Source of the DNA: Candidatus Hydrogenedentota bacterium
GTDB taxonomy: Bacteria > Hydrogenedentota > Hydrogenedentia > Hydrogenedentales > JACPGD01
Length of the DNA stretch: 49,522 nucleotides
Assembly (NCBI GenBank): GCA_016182645.1
Contig: JACPGD010000157.1
Span: forward strand, 1 to 49,522
Direction: 5' to 3'
Numbering within the stretch: the first letter of the stretch is position 1; each line of letters opens with the position of its first letter. The position numbers and the translations under genes were made by a program. The notes below the pieces were generated by a model. That model ran no database searches. It was given only the letters and a program-made list of their open reading frames with translations, and had not been told where the DNA came from. Positions 28,686-36,604 of the stretch are shown piece by piece.

Positions 28686-30071
28686 GTGCGCGAGGAGCGC
28701 GCATCTGTAACGGAGCAAGTGCTTCAGAATGTCTGGTACGAACAGCAACTCGCGGCGGACGGCCTGCGCACGCTGGAGGGGCATCGCTTGCGGGTGCTTT
28801 CGCCGGGGTGGTGGAACCACCAGGAAGGGCCGGATTTCAAGGGCGCGCAAATCGATTTCAATGGACGCACCTTCGCCGGGGACGTCGAGGTCCATTTCCG
28901 GTCGTCAGCCTGGCGCCAGCATGGCCATCATCTGGATCCGCGCTATGAGGGGGTGATCCTGCATGTAATCTTGGACGAAGAGGCGGCGCCCGCTCCGGCG
29001 GCAACTCTTGGCGGCCGCTCGGTGCCCACGCTCGCGCTACGCCCCTGGCTCGCCAAGGATCTCCTGGCGCTCTCCAGCGATTATGAGACGGAACTGCAAA
29101 CGGCGCCGTGTGGTACAGGAAGTTGCGCCGCACTCGTCCCCGAGTATGGGACCCATGCGCTGGAACATTTTCTGGATCTGGCCGGAGAGTGGCGGCTCCT
29201 GAACAAATCGCGCCAGATGCGGGAGCGCATGGATCAGGCGGGGGAAGAGCAGGCGTTATACGAATACCTGATGTACGCCTGTGGTTTTAGCCACTTCAAG
29301 CATCACTTTCAGGCCGTCGCCCGCGCGCTCCCCTACGAACGCGCCCGGCAATTGTCGCGGCAAGATCCGCTGTTGCTCGAGGCGACCCTGTTCCAGGTGG
29401 CCGGGCTGTTGCCAGAGGTATTGCCGCCCGGGACCAGCGCCGTACCGCATTTCGCACGGCTGCGCGCGCTGCGCCATGAAAAATTGCCGGGGCTCAAGAG
29501 CTTGCCCATCGAGTGGCGGCGCGTGGGCATCCGGCCCAACAATTATCCCGAGCGGCGGCTCGGGGGCATGGCCCAATTCATCGCGCGCACCGCATCCAAA
29601 GGTTTGGCGGCGACTTTGCGCGAGATTTGGCAACCGGAGTGCACCGCCATAGAGCGCCGGCGCCAGATAGAAAAGTTGTTCCCCACGGCCCTCGGTTTCT
29701 GGGCGACGCACTGCACGTGGACCGGCAAAAGACTGGCCCGCCCGACGCTGCCACTCGGCGAAACGCGCGCGAGAGCGATTATTGGCAATGTGTTTATTCC
29801 CGCGGGGCTGGCGGTGGCGCGGCGCGAGCGGGATCCCGCCCTCGAGGAGCGCGTCTTCGAGTTCTTCTGCGCACTCCCCGCCGAATCCGGCAATCACATT
29901 ACCAAGTTAATGTTGCCCCGCGTGCTCGGGCCGGAGAAGAAGATCCGGCTGAATTTTCGCAGGCAGCAAGGGCTGCTCCAGATGTATCAGGACTGGTGCG
30001 AGCCGAACCCCTCTTGCCGCAATTGCGGCCTGCTGCGATACCTGGAGCGCGAAGCGCTGCTGCAAAAGTAG
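28686..30071 (+). CDS. DUF2851 family protein
   Basis: LQNVWYEQQL...L.TLEGHRLRVLSPGWWNHQEGPDFKGAQIDFNGRTFAGDVEVHFRSSAWRQHGHHLDPRYEGVILHVIL matches the conserved DUF2851 N-terminal block. The start is uncertain. GTG 28686 gives the usual short lead-in. The track start GTG 28617 overlaps the upstream gene by 22 nt. Confidence 0.75.
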   Translation: MREERASVTEQVLQNVWYEQQLAADGLRTLEGHRLRVLSPGWWNHQEGPDFKGAQIDFNGRTFAGDVEVHFRSSAWRQHGHHLDPRYEGVILHVILDEEAAPAPAATLGGRSVPTLALRPWLAKDLLALSSDYETELQTAPCGTGSCAALVPEYGTHALEHFLDLAGEWRLLNKSRQMRERMDQAGEEQALYEYLMYACGFSHFKHHFQAVARALPYERARQLSRQDPLLLEATLFQVAGLLPEVLPPGTSAVPHFARLRALRHEKLPGLKSLPIEWRRVGIRPNNYPERRLGGMAQFIARTASKGLAATLREIWQPECTAIERRRQIEKLFPTALGFWATHCTWTGKRLARPTLPLGETRARAIIGNVFIPAGLAVARRERDPALEERVFEFFCALPAESGNHITKLMLPRVLGPEKKIRLNFRRQQGLLQMYQDWCEPNPSCRNCGLLRYLEREALLQK

Positions 30072-30091
30072 TGGGCGGCCTCCCAGCATCT

Positions 30092-30112
30092 AACCGGCTC
30101 GCGGGAACGCTC
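30092..30112. repeat. Half-copy of the REP-like element (aaccggctcgcgggaacgctc)
   Basis: Matches the right arm at 49410-49435 (aaccggctcgcgggtacgcctcccga) over about 18 nt. It sits in the 45-nt gap between convergent genes. Confidence 0.55.
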
Positions 30113-30116
30113 AAGG

Positions 30117-31184
30117 TCAGCCTTGCGGCATGACGGCCGGAAGTTCCAATACAAAGGTGGAGCCGTCTTCGTCTGATTTCTCCAGCCACATTTTCCCGTG
30201 GTGTTCAAGCAAAATGCCGTAAGAGACGCTCAGGCCAAGCCCCAGACCCTCCCCCACGTCGCGCGTTGTAAAGAATGGATCGAAGATCTTGTGTTGTACG
30301 TCGGCAGGAATGCCGCAGCCGGTGTCGGTGAACTCCACGCGCAGGACTTCTCCCGCCAGTTCGCTCCGGACAATGAGTTGGCGCGCGCGGTGCTCGATGG
30401 CGACCAGCGCCTGCTGCGCGTTGTTGATCAAGCTCAAGAACACACCCTGCATCTCCCGGCGCTGCAAAGGCAAGGGCGCTATCCGGTCATCGAGGGAGAG
30501 TTCCAGGGCGATGTGGTCCATCTTGAGCTGGTACTCGCACAGTCCCAGCGTGTTGCGCAGGAGTTCATTGAGGTTCAACCAGACTTTGGGCGCCTCCTTC
30601 TTCCGTGCGAACCGCAGGAGGTTTTCCACAATACGCCGGCACCGTTCGGCTTTCTCGCAGATAATCGAGAGGCGGCCGCGCAGCTCATTGTCCAGCGGTT
30701 TTTGTAGGAGCAGTTCCGTGTAGCCCAGGATGACGGTTAGTGTGTTGTTCAGCTCATGGGCCACCCCGGCCACGACATTGTCCAGCGCGACCAGCTTCTC
30801 CGTCTGGACGAAGCGCGTATCGAGCGTCCCGAACTGGCCTGGGGGCACGAGCAACACGCCCACCAGGCGCGGCGCGCCAGTTGCGTCCAGGGGGATAATC
30901 GCGGTTTCGAGTGTGGAGTCCTTTCCGGCCGCGCTGCGCCAGTGCACCGCCTTGCTCCAGGGCTGTTCTTGATCCAACACGCTACTGAACGGGACTTCAT
31001 CCGTTCCGGGCGTCACCAGATCCAACAGACGCCTGCCCGCGAGCCCATCGTGGCCGAGCAGATCGGACGCCCGTGTGCTCGCAAACACGATCATTCCTTC
31101 CGCATCAGCCAACACGACCCCGAAGGGCACTGCCTGCGCCATCGCCGCAAAATACGGCTCCAACCCCTTCACACCCTCAGCCAT
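30117..31184 (-). CDS. Soluble PAS-domain sensor histidine kinase (no cognate regulator in the window)
   Basis: H-box VAGVAHELNNTLTVILGYTELL, N-box LINNAQQA, G-boxes DTGCGIP and GEGLGLGLSVSYGIL. The N-terminal PAS-like region is PFGVVLADAEGMIVFAS. I chose start ATG 31184. Confidence 0.85.
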   Translation of the reverse strand: MAEGVKGLEPYFAAMAQAVPFGVVLADAEGMIVFASTRASDLLGHDGLAGRRLLDLVTPGTDEVPFSSVLDQEQPWSKAVHWRSAAGKDSTLETAIIPLDATGAPRLVGVLLVPPGQFGTLDTRFVQTEKLVALDNVVAGVAHELNNTLTVILGYTELLLQKPLDNELRGRLSIICEKAERCRRIVENLLRFARKKEAPKVWLNLNELLRNTLGLCEYQLKMDHIALELSLDDRIAPLPLQRREMQGVFLSLINNAQQALVAIEHRARQLIVRSELAGEVLRVEFTDTGCGIPADVQHKIFDPFFTTRDVGEGLGLGLSVSYGILLEHHGKMWLEKSDEDGSTFVLELPAVMPQG

Positions 31185-31380
31185 GGTTAGACCCTCACCT
31201 CGATGCCCCATTGCCTGTCCTACAGGCCGTCTCCTCAAACCTGTGCGGAGAGACTATACCATTTATGAAACTCGCGCAAGACGGCCGCGCGTGGAACTGC
31301 CGCGGGAGGCTATGCTAGGCTTCCCTGGCTGCGCTTGCGGCCCACGCATTTTCCATTATTCCTGTTCAGGGGAGAACCTC

Positions 31381-32211
31381 ATGCAATTTGTGGATATGTT
31401 CAGTTTGAAGGACAAGGTGGCGGTCGTCACGGGTGGGGGTGGTGTGCTCGGCGGGGCGATTGCCAAAGGCTTGGCGGGCGCGGGCGCCACTGTGGCTATC
31501 GCGGACCTGTTTCCGGAGAATGCGGCCAAAATCGCGGGCGAAATTGCGCAAGCTGGGGGGACAGCCGGCGGCTATGCACTGGACGTGTTCAAGAAGGATT
31601 CCATTGAGGCCTGTGCGGACGCCATCGTGCGCGATCATGGGCGCGTGGACGTGGTTGTGAATGCAGTTGGTGGCAATATGCAGGGGGCAACGACCTCGCC
31701 GGAACAGTCCTTCTTTGATCTGTCCTCCGAGGCGATGCAGCGCGTGTTGGACCTGAACCTGCTGGGCGGCACGATCCTGCCTTCGCAGGTCTTTGTGAAG
31801 CGCATGCTGAACAATCCGCTGGGCGGCAGCATCATCAATATTTCGTCCATGAACGCGCTGCGCCCGCTGACGCGCATTCCGGGGTACAGCGCGGCCAAGG
31901 CGGCCGTTAGTAACTTCACGCAGTGGCTGGCCGTCCACCTGGCGCAGGAATACCGGCCTGACCTGCGGGTCAACGCGATTGCGCCGGGTTTCTTTCTCAC
32001 CGAGCAGAACCGGTTCTTGCTGACGAGCAAGGAAACGGGCGAGCCGACGCCGCGCGGGAAGACAATCATCGGGCACACGCCCATGGGCCGCTATGGCGCG
32101 CCGGAAGACCTGGTGGGCGTGACGATTTGGCTGGCGAGCGACGCATCACGGTTTGTCACGGGCATTGTGGTGCCCGTGGATGGCGGGTTCTCCGCCTTTT
32201 CGGGGGTATAG
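31381..32211 (+). CDS. Short-chain dehydrogenase/reductase (mannonate/gluconate oxidoreductase-like)
   Basis: Rossmann motif VAVVTGGGGVLGGAIA. Catalytic segment SSMNALRPLTRIPGYSAAKAAV (YxxxK). C-terminal end VPVDGG. Start ATG 31381 follows GGGGAG. Confidence 0.8.
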   Translation: MQFVDMFSLKDKVAVVTGGGGVLGGAIAKGLAGAGATVAIADLFPENAAKIAGEIAQAGGTAGGYALDVFKKDSIEACADAIVRDHGRVDVVVNAVGGNMQGATTSPEQSFFDLSSEAMQRVLDLNLLGGTILPSQVFVKRMLNNPLGGSIINISSMNALRPLTRIPGYSAAKAAVSNFTQWLAVHLAQEYRPDLRVNAIAPGFFLTEQNRFLLTSKETGEPTPRGKTIIGHTPMGRYGAPEDLVGVTIWLASDASRFVTGIVVPVDGGFSAFSGV

Positions 32212-32245
32212 TCGCGGGTAGCACCGCCAGCAGGAGCACGCACGC

Positions 32246-33139
32246 ATGAGCGACGTTGTACACGCACTCAAGAACCATCAACCTTACCACGAGTTCTTGA
32301 TCGCCATCGATTCCGACGGTTGCGCGTTCGACACGATGGAGGTGAAGCACAAGGAATGTTTCATCCCGAACATCATTAAGTTCTGGGACCTGCAACCCAT
32401 CTCGAAGTTTGCGCGCGACGCCGCGGAGTTTGTGAACCTGTACTCGAAATGGCGCGGCATCAACCGTTTCCCCGCACTGACGCAGACCTTCGACCTGCTC
32501 GCGGCGTGGGAGGCCGTGCAGAAGCGCGGCGTGAAGTTGCCGGAAGTGCCCAACCTGCGCCGCTGGATCGAGCACGAGACGAAACTGGGCAATCCGGTCT
32601 TGCAAAAGTATTGCGACGAACATCCGAACGAGGCGGACATGCACCTTGCACTGGCCTGGAGCAAGGCGGTCAACGTGACCGTGAGTGACATCGTGAAAGG
32701 AGGACTGCCGCCCTTCCCATTCGTCCGCGAGTGTCTTGAAAAGGCCAGCAGCAACGCGCACATGCTGGTCTGTTCTCAGACCCCCACCGAGGCGCTGGTT
32801 CGCGAATGGGAGGAACAGGGCATCGACCACTTTGTGATCGGCATTGCCGGGCAGGAATGCGGCACCAAGGCGGAACATATCGCCCTGGCGACGGAAGGGC
32901 GCTACGACAAGCAGAACATCCTGATGATCGGCGACGCGCCCGGCGACATGAAGGCCGCCCGCGCCAACGGCGCGCTGTTCTTTCCGGTGAACCCCGGCGA
33001 AGAAGATGCTTCGTGGCAGCGCCTGCTCGATGAGGGACTCGAGCGTTTCTTCACCCACAACTATGCGGGAAGATATGAAGAAGCCCTTGTGGCTGAATTC
33101 GTCAAGCATCTCCCGGAAATCCCGCCCTGGAAACAGTAG
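32246..33139 (+). CDS. HAD-superfamily hydrolase
   Basis: Motif I is IAIDSDGCAFD (DxD). The late motif is MIGDAPGDMKAARANGA (GDxxxD). The cap region is large. The substrate is unknown. Confidence 0.6.
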   Translation: MSDVVHALKNHQPYHEFLIAIDSDGCAFDTMEVKHKECFIPNIIKFWDLQPISKFARDAAEFVNLYSKWRGINRFPALTQTFDLLAAWEAVQKRGVKLPEVPNLRRWIEHETKLGNPVLQKYCDEHPNEADMHLALAWSKAVNVTVSDIVKGGLPPFPFVRECLEKASSNAHMLVCSQTPTEALVREWEEQGIDHFVIGIAGQECGTKAEHIALATEGRYDKQNILMIGDAPGDMKAARANGALFFPVNPGEEDASWQRLLDEGLERFFTHNYAGRYEEALVAEFVKHLPEIPPWKQ

Positions 33140-33157
33140 CAAGACCGCACATGGATC

Positions 33158-33976
33158 ATGAAGACTCCTGAGCCTCCAGGGACCATTACCCACCGCCTGG
33201 CGCCGAAGGCCGGCCAAGCCGTCGCGGCCGCCGGTGTGACGACTGCCACCTGTCCTCTTGATCTCAGTGTGATCATTCCCGCATTCAATGAGGCCAAGCG
33301 CATTGGCAAAACGCTGGACCAGTTGCAAACGTACCTCGGCGCACCGCGGTCCCGCTGGCAGGCGTGCGAGGTGATCGTCGTCTGCGACGGCTGTGAAGAC
33401 GATACGCAGGCGGCCGTGGAACAGCGCCCCCCCGCGCTGTTCGACCTCCACGTGCTGGCGTATCGCCGCAACCGCGGGAAAGGGCACGCGCTGCGCACCG
33501 GATTCGCGGAAAGCCGGGGGGACTATGTTCTGATGGCCGATGCGGACGGCGCCACGCCTTTTGGCGAACTTGACAGGCTCATCAGTGCCCTCGAGGCGGA
33601 CAAGGCTGATATCATCATTGCCTCCCGCCGCGCCGCGGGGGCGCGGCTGGCGCCGCCCCAAGCATGGTATCGGCGTGCGCTGGGCAATCTGTTTTCCCTG
33701 GCGATGCGGCTGGTGATGGGCTGGTCCTTCCTGGATACCCAGTGCGGCTTCAAATTGTTTCGAGGCGAAGCCGCGCGCAAGCTCTTCGCCAGTTGTCAGT
33801 GCGATCATTTTGGCATCGACGTCGAGTTGCTGTACCTCGCCCAAAGGACCGGCCTTCGCGTGCGTGAAGTCGGGGTGACCTGGAGCGAAACCGGGGGATC
33901 GCGGGTGCACGTGTTGCGCGACGGCTTCCGCATGGTGCGCTATGCGCTGTGGCTTCGGTTTCGCAGGACAGAGTAG
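33158..33976 (+). CDS. Family 2 glycosyltransferase (polyprenyl-phosphate hexosyltransferase-like)
   Basis: LSVIIPAFNEAKRI, NRGKGHALRTG, LMADADGATP (DxD), and QCGFKLF together with DVELLYLA are typical of dolichyl/undecaprenyl-phosphate glycosyltransferases. Confidence 0.75.
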   Translation: MKTPEPPGTITHRLAPKAGQAVAAAGVTTATCPLDLSVIIPAFNEAKRIGKTLDQLQTYLGAPRSRWQACEVIVVCDGCEDDTQAAVEQRPPALFDLHVLAYRRNRGKGHALRTGFAESRGDYVLMADADGATPFGELDRLISALEADKADIIIASRRAAGARLAPPQAWYRRALGNLFSLAMRLVMGWSFLDTQCGFKLFRGEAARKLFASCQCDHFGIDVELLYLAQRTGLRVREVGVTWSETGGSRVHVLRDGFRMVRYALWLRFRRTE

Positions 33977-33988
33977 CGCTAGGCGGCG

Positions 33989-34042
33989 ATGGACGAAATG
34001 GACTGGATGGATGGAGTGAACGGAATGGACGGAGTAGAAGGA
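33989..34042 (+). repeat. 9-bp tandem repeat x6 (ATGGACGAA ATGGACTGG ATGGATGGA GTGAACGGA ATGGACGGA GTAGAAGGA)
   Basis: The longest array of this family in the window. It fills most of the GT2-pdxB intergenic region and ends 14 nt before the pdxB ATG. Confidence 0.85.
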
Positions 34043-34055
34043 CTGCCAAGACCAA

Positions 34056-35204
34056 ATGCAGATTGTCGCGGATGAGAACATTCCGTATGCGCGGGAGGCC
34101 TTTGGGACGCTGGGAGAAGTCAACCTGCGCCCCGGCAGGACAATCACCCGCGACGATCTCGCGCAGGCGGACGCGTTGGTTGTCCGCTCAATCACCAGGG
34201 TGAACGAGCGGCTCCTCGCGCGAACGCCGGTGCGGTTCGTGGGCACCTGCACGATTGGCGAAGACCATGTTGACCTGGCATGGCTGCGCCAGCGGGGCAT
34301 CGCGTTCTCGAGTGCCCCAGGCTGTAATGCCAACAGCGTGGGCGAGTATATCGTCGCGGCGCTTCTAGAACTGGCCGGGAAGCATCAGCTTCAACTCGAT
34401 GCATTGAGCCTTGGCATCGTTGGGCTCGGTAATGTTGGCCGTAACGTGCTCGGGAAAGCGCGCGCACTGGGCTTGCACTGCGTGGTCAACGATCCGCCGC
34501 TGGCGGAACAGACCTGCGAGCCGATCTACCGGCCACTGGAGGACATCTTGCAGTGTGACATTGTCACGTTCCACGTGCCGCTGGAGAAAAGCGGTCCCTA
34601 TGCTACGTGGCACCTGGTGGATGCAGCATTTCTTGCCCGCATGAAACCGGGGGCGATTCTGCTCAATACGTCGCGCGGGCCCGTGGTGGACAACCAGGCG
34701 CTGCTGCAGGCGTTGCGCACAAGCCTACTGCGTGCGGCCGTGCTCGATGTTTGGGAAGGAGAACCGGAAGTGGACACCGAACTCCTGGCGGCAGTGGACG
34801 TCGCCACGCCCCATATCGCGGGCTATTCCTTTGACGGCAAGGTGAACGGTACCGTCCAGGTCTACCGCGCGCTATGCCGTCATTTGTGCAGGCCCCCGGC
34901 GTGGGACCCAGCCCCGCTTCTGCCCTCGCCCACCGTGCCGGAAATCGCGCTCGATCCCTGCGGTGTCCGTCCCCTCTCTGGAGCCGTTCGTCAAGTTTAT
35001 GACATAATGAAAGACGATGCGGCGATGCGCCCGCTCGGGGTGGCGCCCCCCGAACAGCGCCGAGCGCTTTTCGATCAGTTGCGCAAGCAGTATCCACAAC
35101 GCCGCGAATTTCACAATACGCGCGTCTTGTTGACGCATGAGGACCAGCTTCTCCGGCGGAAGCTGTCCGGCATTGGGTTCCAGTGCGAGGTCAGGAACGC
35201 ATGA
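34056..35204 (+). CDS. pdxB: 4-phosphoerythronate dehydrogenase
   Basis: End-to-end resemblance to E. coli PdxB as I recall it (MQIVADENIPYAREAFG..., VRSITRVNERLL, FSSAPGCNANSVGEYI, GIVGLGNVG, TFHVPL...GPYATWHL, LLNTSRGPVVDN, VLDVWEGEPE, TPHIAGYSFDGK, and the C-terminal dimerisation domain). Confidence 0.85.
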   Translation: MQIVADENIPYAREAFGTLGEVNLRPGRTITRDDLAQADALVVRSITRVNERLLARTPVRFVGTCTIGEDHVDLAWLRQRGIAFSSAPGCNANSVGEYIVAALLELAGKHQLQLDALSLGIVGLGNVGRNVLGKARALGLHCVVNDPPLAEQTCEPIYRPLEDILQCDIVTFHVPLEKSGPYATWHLVDAAFLARMKPGAILLNTSRGPVVDNQALLQALRTSLLRAAVLDVWEGEPEVDTELLAAVDVATPHIAGYSFDGKVNGTVQVYRALCRHLCRPPAWDPAPLLPSPTVPEIALDPCGVRPLSGAVRQVYDIMKDDAAMRPLGVAPPEQRRALFDQLRKQYPQRREFHNTRVLLTHEDQLLRRKLSGIGFQCEVRNA

Positions 35205-36466
35205 TTCAGCTTGTCGCGGAAACGGGGTTTCTGTCGGAAGACCAATTGCGCTCGGTGGTGCGGGAAGCGTGTGCGAGCCTGCCCGCCGACGGCAAACGGA
35301 TCCTGTTCATTATCCCTGACAATACGCGCAGCATGCCGATGCCCCTCGTGTTTCGCGCGCTATTCGACGCGCTGCACCGCCGCGTGGCGAAGATGGACTA
35401 CCTGATTGCGCTGGGGACCCATCCCCCCATGCCCGAAGACGCCATTCTCCGTCACCTCGGCCTTTCCGCCCAGGAACGCACGGAACGCTACGGGGCTGTC
35501 GGCATTTACAATCACGCTTGGCAAGACCCGGACGCACTGGCGCAACTGGGTGTGATTGCCGCGGAAGATCTGGCCCGCATTTCGGACGGCCGGCTGCGTG
35601 AAAATGTGATTGTCACGGCGAACAAGCGCCTGCTCGATTATGACCTCATCTGCATTGTGGGTCCGGTGTTTCCGCACGAGGTCGTCGGATTCAGCGGCGG
35701 CAACAAATACTTCTTCCCTGGCGTGTCCGGCGCCGAGATTCTCAACATTTTTCACTGGCTGGGCGCGTTGATCACCAATTATGAAATCAATGGCGCCAAG
35801 TACACCCCCGTCCGCGAGGTCGTTGACCTTGCCGCCGCGCTCATCAAGAAGCCCAAATATGCTTTCTGCTTCACGGTCGTTCGGAAAGACACCAAAGCCA
35901 TCTTTTTCGGTACGCCCGAAGCCGCTTGGGACGCGGCGGCGGATCTCTCGGCCAAAACCCATATCATCTACAAGCCGAAGCCTTTCCAGAGCGTTCTGGC
36001 AATGGCCCCGGAGATGTACGATGAGATCTGGGTGGCCGGCAAGTGCATGTACAAGTTGGAGCCGGTCGTGGCCGACAGTGGCGAGTTGATCATTTACGGT
36101 AGGCACATCCACCAGGTGAGCGTCACGCACGGCGCGCTCATCAAACAAATCGGCTACCACGTGCGCGACTATTTCACCGCGCAGATGGAGAAGTTCGGCC
36201 ACATTCCCGGCGGGATTCTAGCGCACTCGACGCACGTCCGCGGCGCGGGCAGCTTTGAAAACGGCATTGAGCGGCCCCGGGTCCAGGTCACGCTGGCCAC
36301 GTCGATCCCGGAGGAAGAATGCCGGGCGATCAACCTCGGCTACCGCGATCCCGACTCTATTGACCCGGACGCCTGGCGGGACCGCGAACAAGAGGGGCGC
36401 CTGTTGGTGGAGAATGCGGGGGAAATCTTGTACCGGTTGAACAAACGCCAAGCGGCGTATGTCTAA
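35201..36466 (+). CDS. LarA-like (DUF2088) nickel-pincer-dependent 2-hydroxyacid racemase/epimerase homolog
   Basis: ILFIIPDNTRSMP, IALGTHPPM and IVGPVFPHEVVGFSGGNKYFFPG match the LarA N-terminal domain, including the Lys in the position of the cofactor-tethering lysine. The start forms an ATGA overlap with the pdxB stop. Confidence 0.7.
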   Translation: MIQLVAETGFLSEDQLRSVVREACASLPADGKRILFIIPDNTRSMPMPLVFRALFDALHRRVAKMDYLIALGTHPPMPEDAILRHLGLSAQERTERYGAVGIYNHAWQDPDALAQLGVIAAEDLARISDGRLRENVIVTANKRLLDYDLICIVGPVFPHEVVGFSGGNKYFFPGVSGAEILNIFHWLGALITNYEINGAKYTPVREVVDLAAALIKKPKYAFCFTVVRKDTKAIFFGTPEAAWDAAADLSAKTHIIYKPKPFQSVLAMAPEMYDEIWVAGKCMYKLEPVVADSGELIIYGRHIHQVSVTHGALIKQIGYHVRDYFTAQMEKFGHIPGGILAHSTHVRGAGSFENGIERPRVQVTLATSIPEEECRAINLGYRDPDSIDPDAWRDREQEGRLLVENAGEILYRLNKRQAAYV

Positions 36467-36483
36467 TTCCAGTAATAACCCTT

Positions 36484-36576
36484 TCGGGAGGGCGAGCGTA
36501 CCCACGAGCCGGTTAGACCACGCGGGAACCATAACCCTGCGCTTGCCCAACCTGCTCGTGGATACGCTCGCCCCCC
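36484..36576. repeat. REP-like hairpin element (inverted pair)
   Basis: The left arm 36484-36514 tcgggagggcgagcgtacccacgagccggtt matches 49344-49374 at 30 of 31 positions. The right arm 36554-36576 gctcgtggatacgctcgcccccc is an imperfect reverse complement of the left arm. It lies in the larA-like/pfp intergenic region. Confidence 0.75.
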
Positions 36577-36604
36577 AAAAACAGTTCCAGAGGGAGAAAC
36601 TTGA

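Noticed and set aside
32156-34333. 725-aa minus-strand ORF
   Set aside because: It spans the antisense of four well-supported + strand genes (SDR end, HAD, GT2, pdxB start) and an intergenic repeat. It cannot be real given those genes. It is a shadow ORF of GC-rich DNA.
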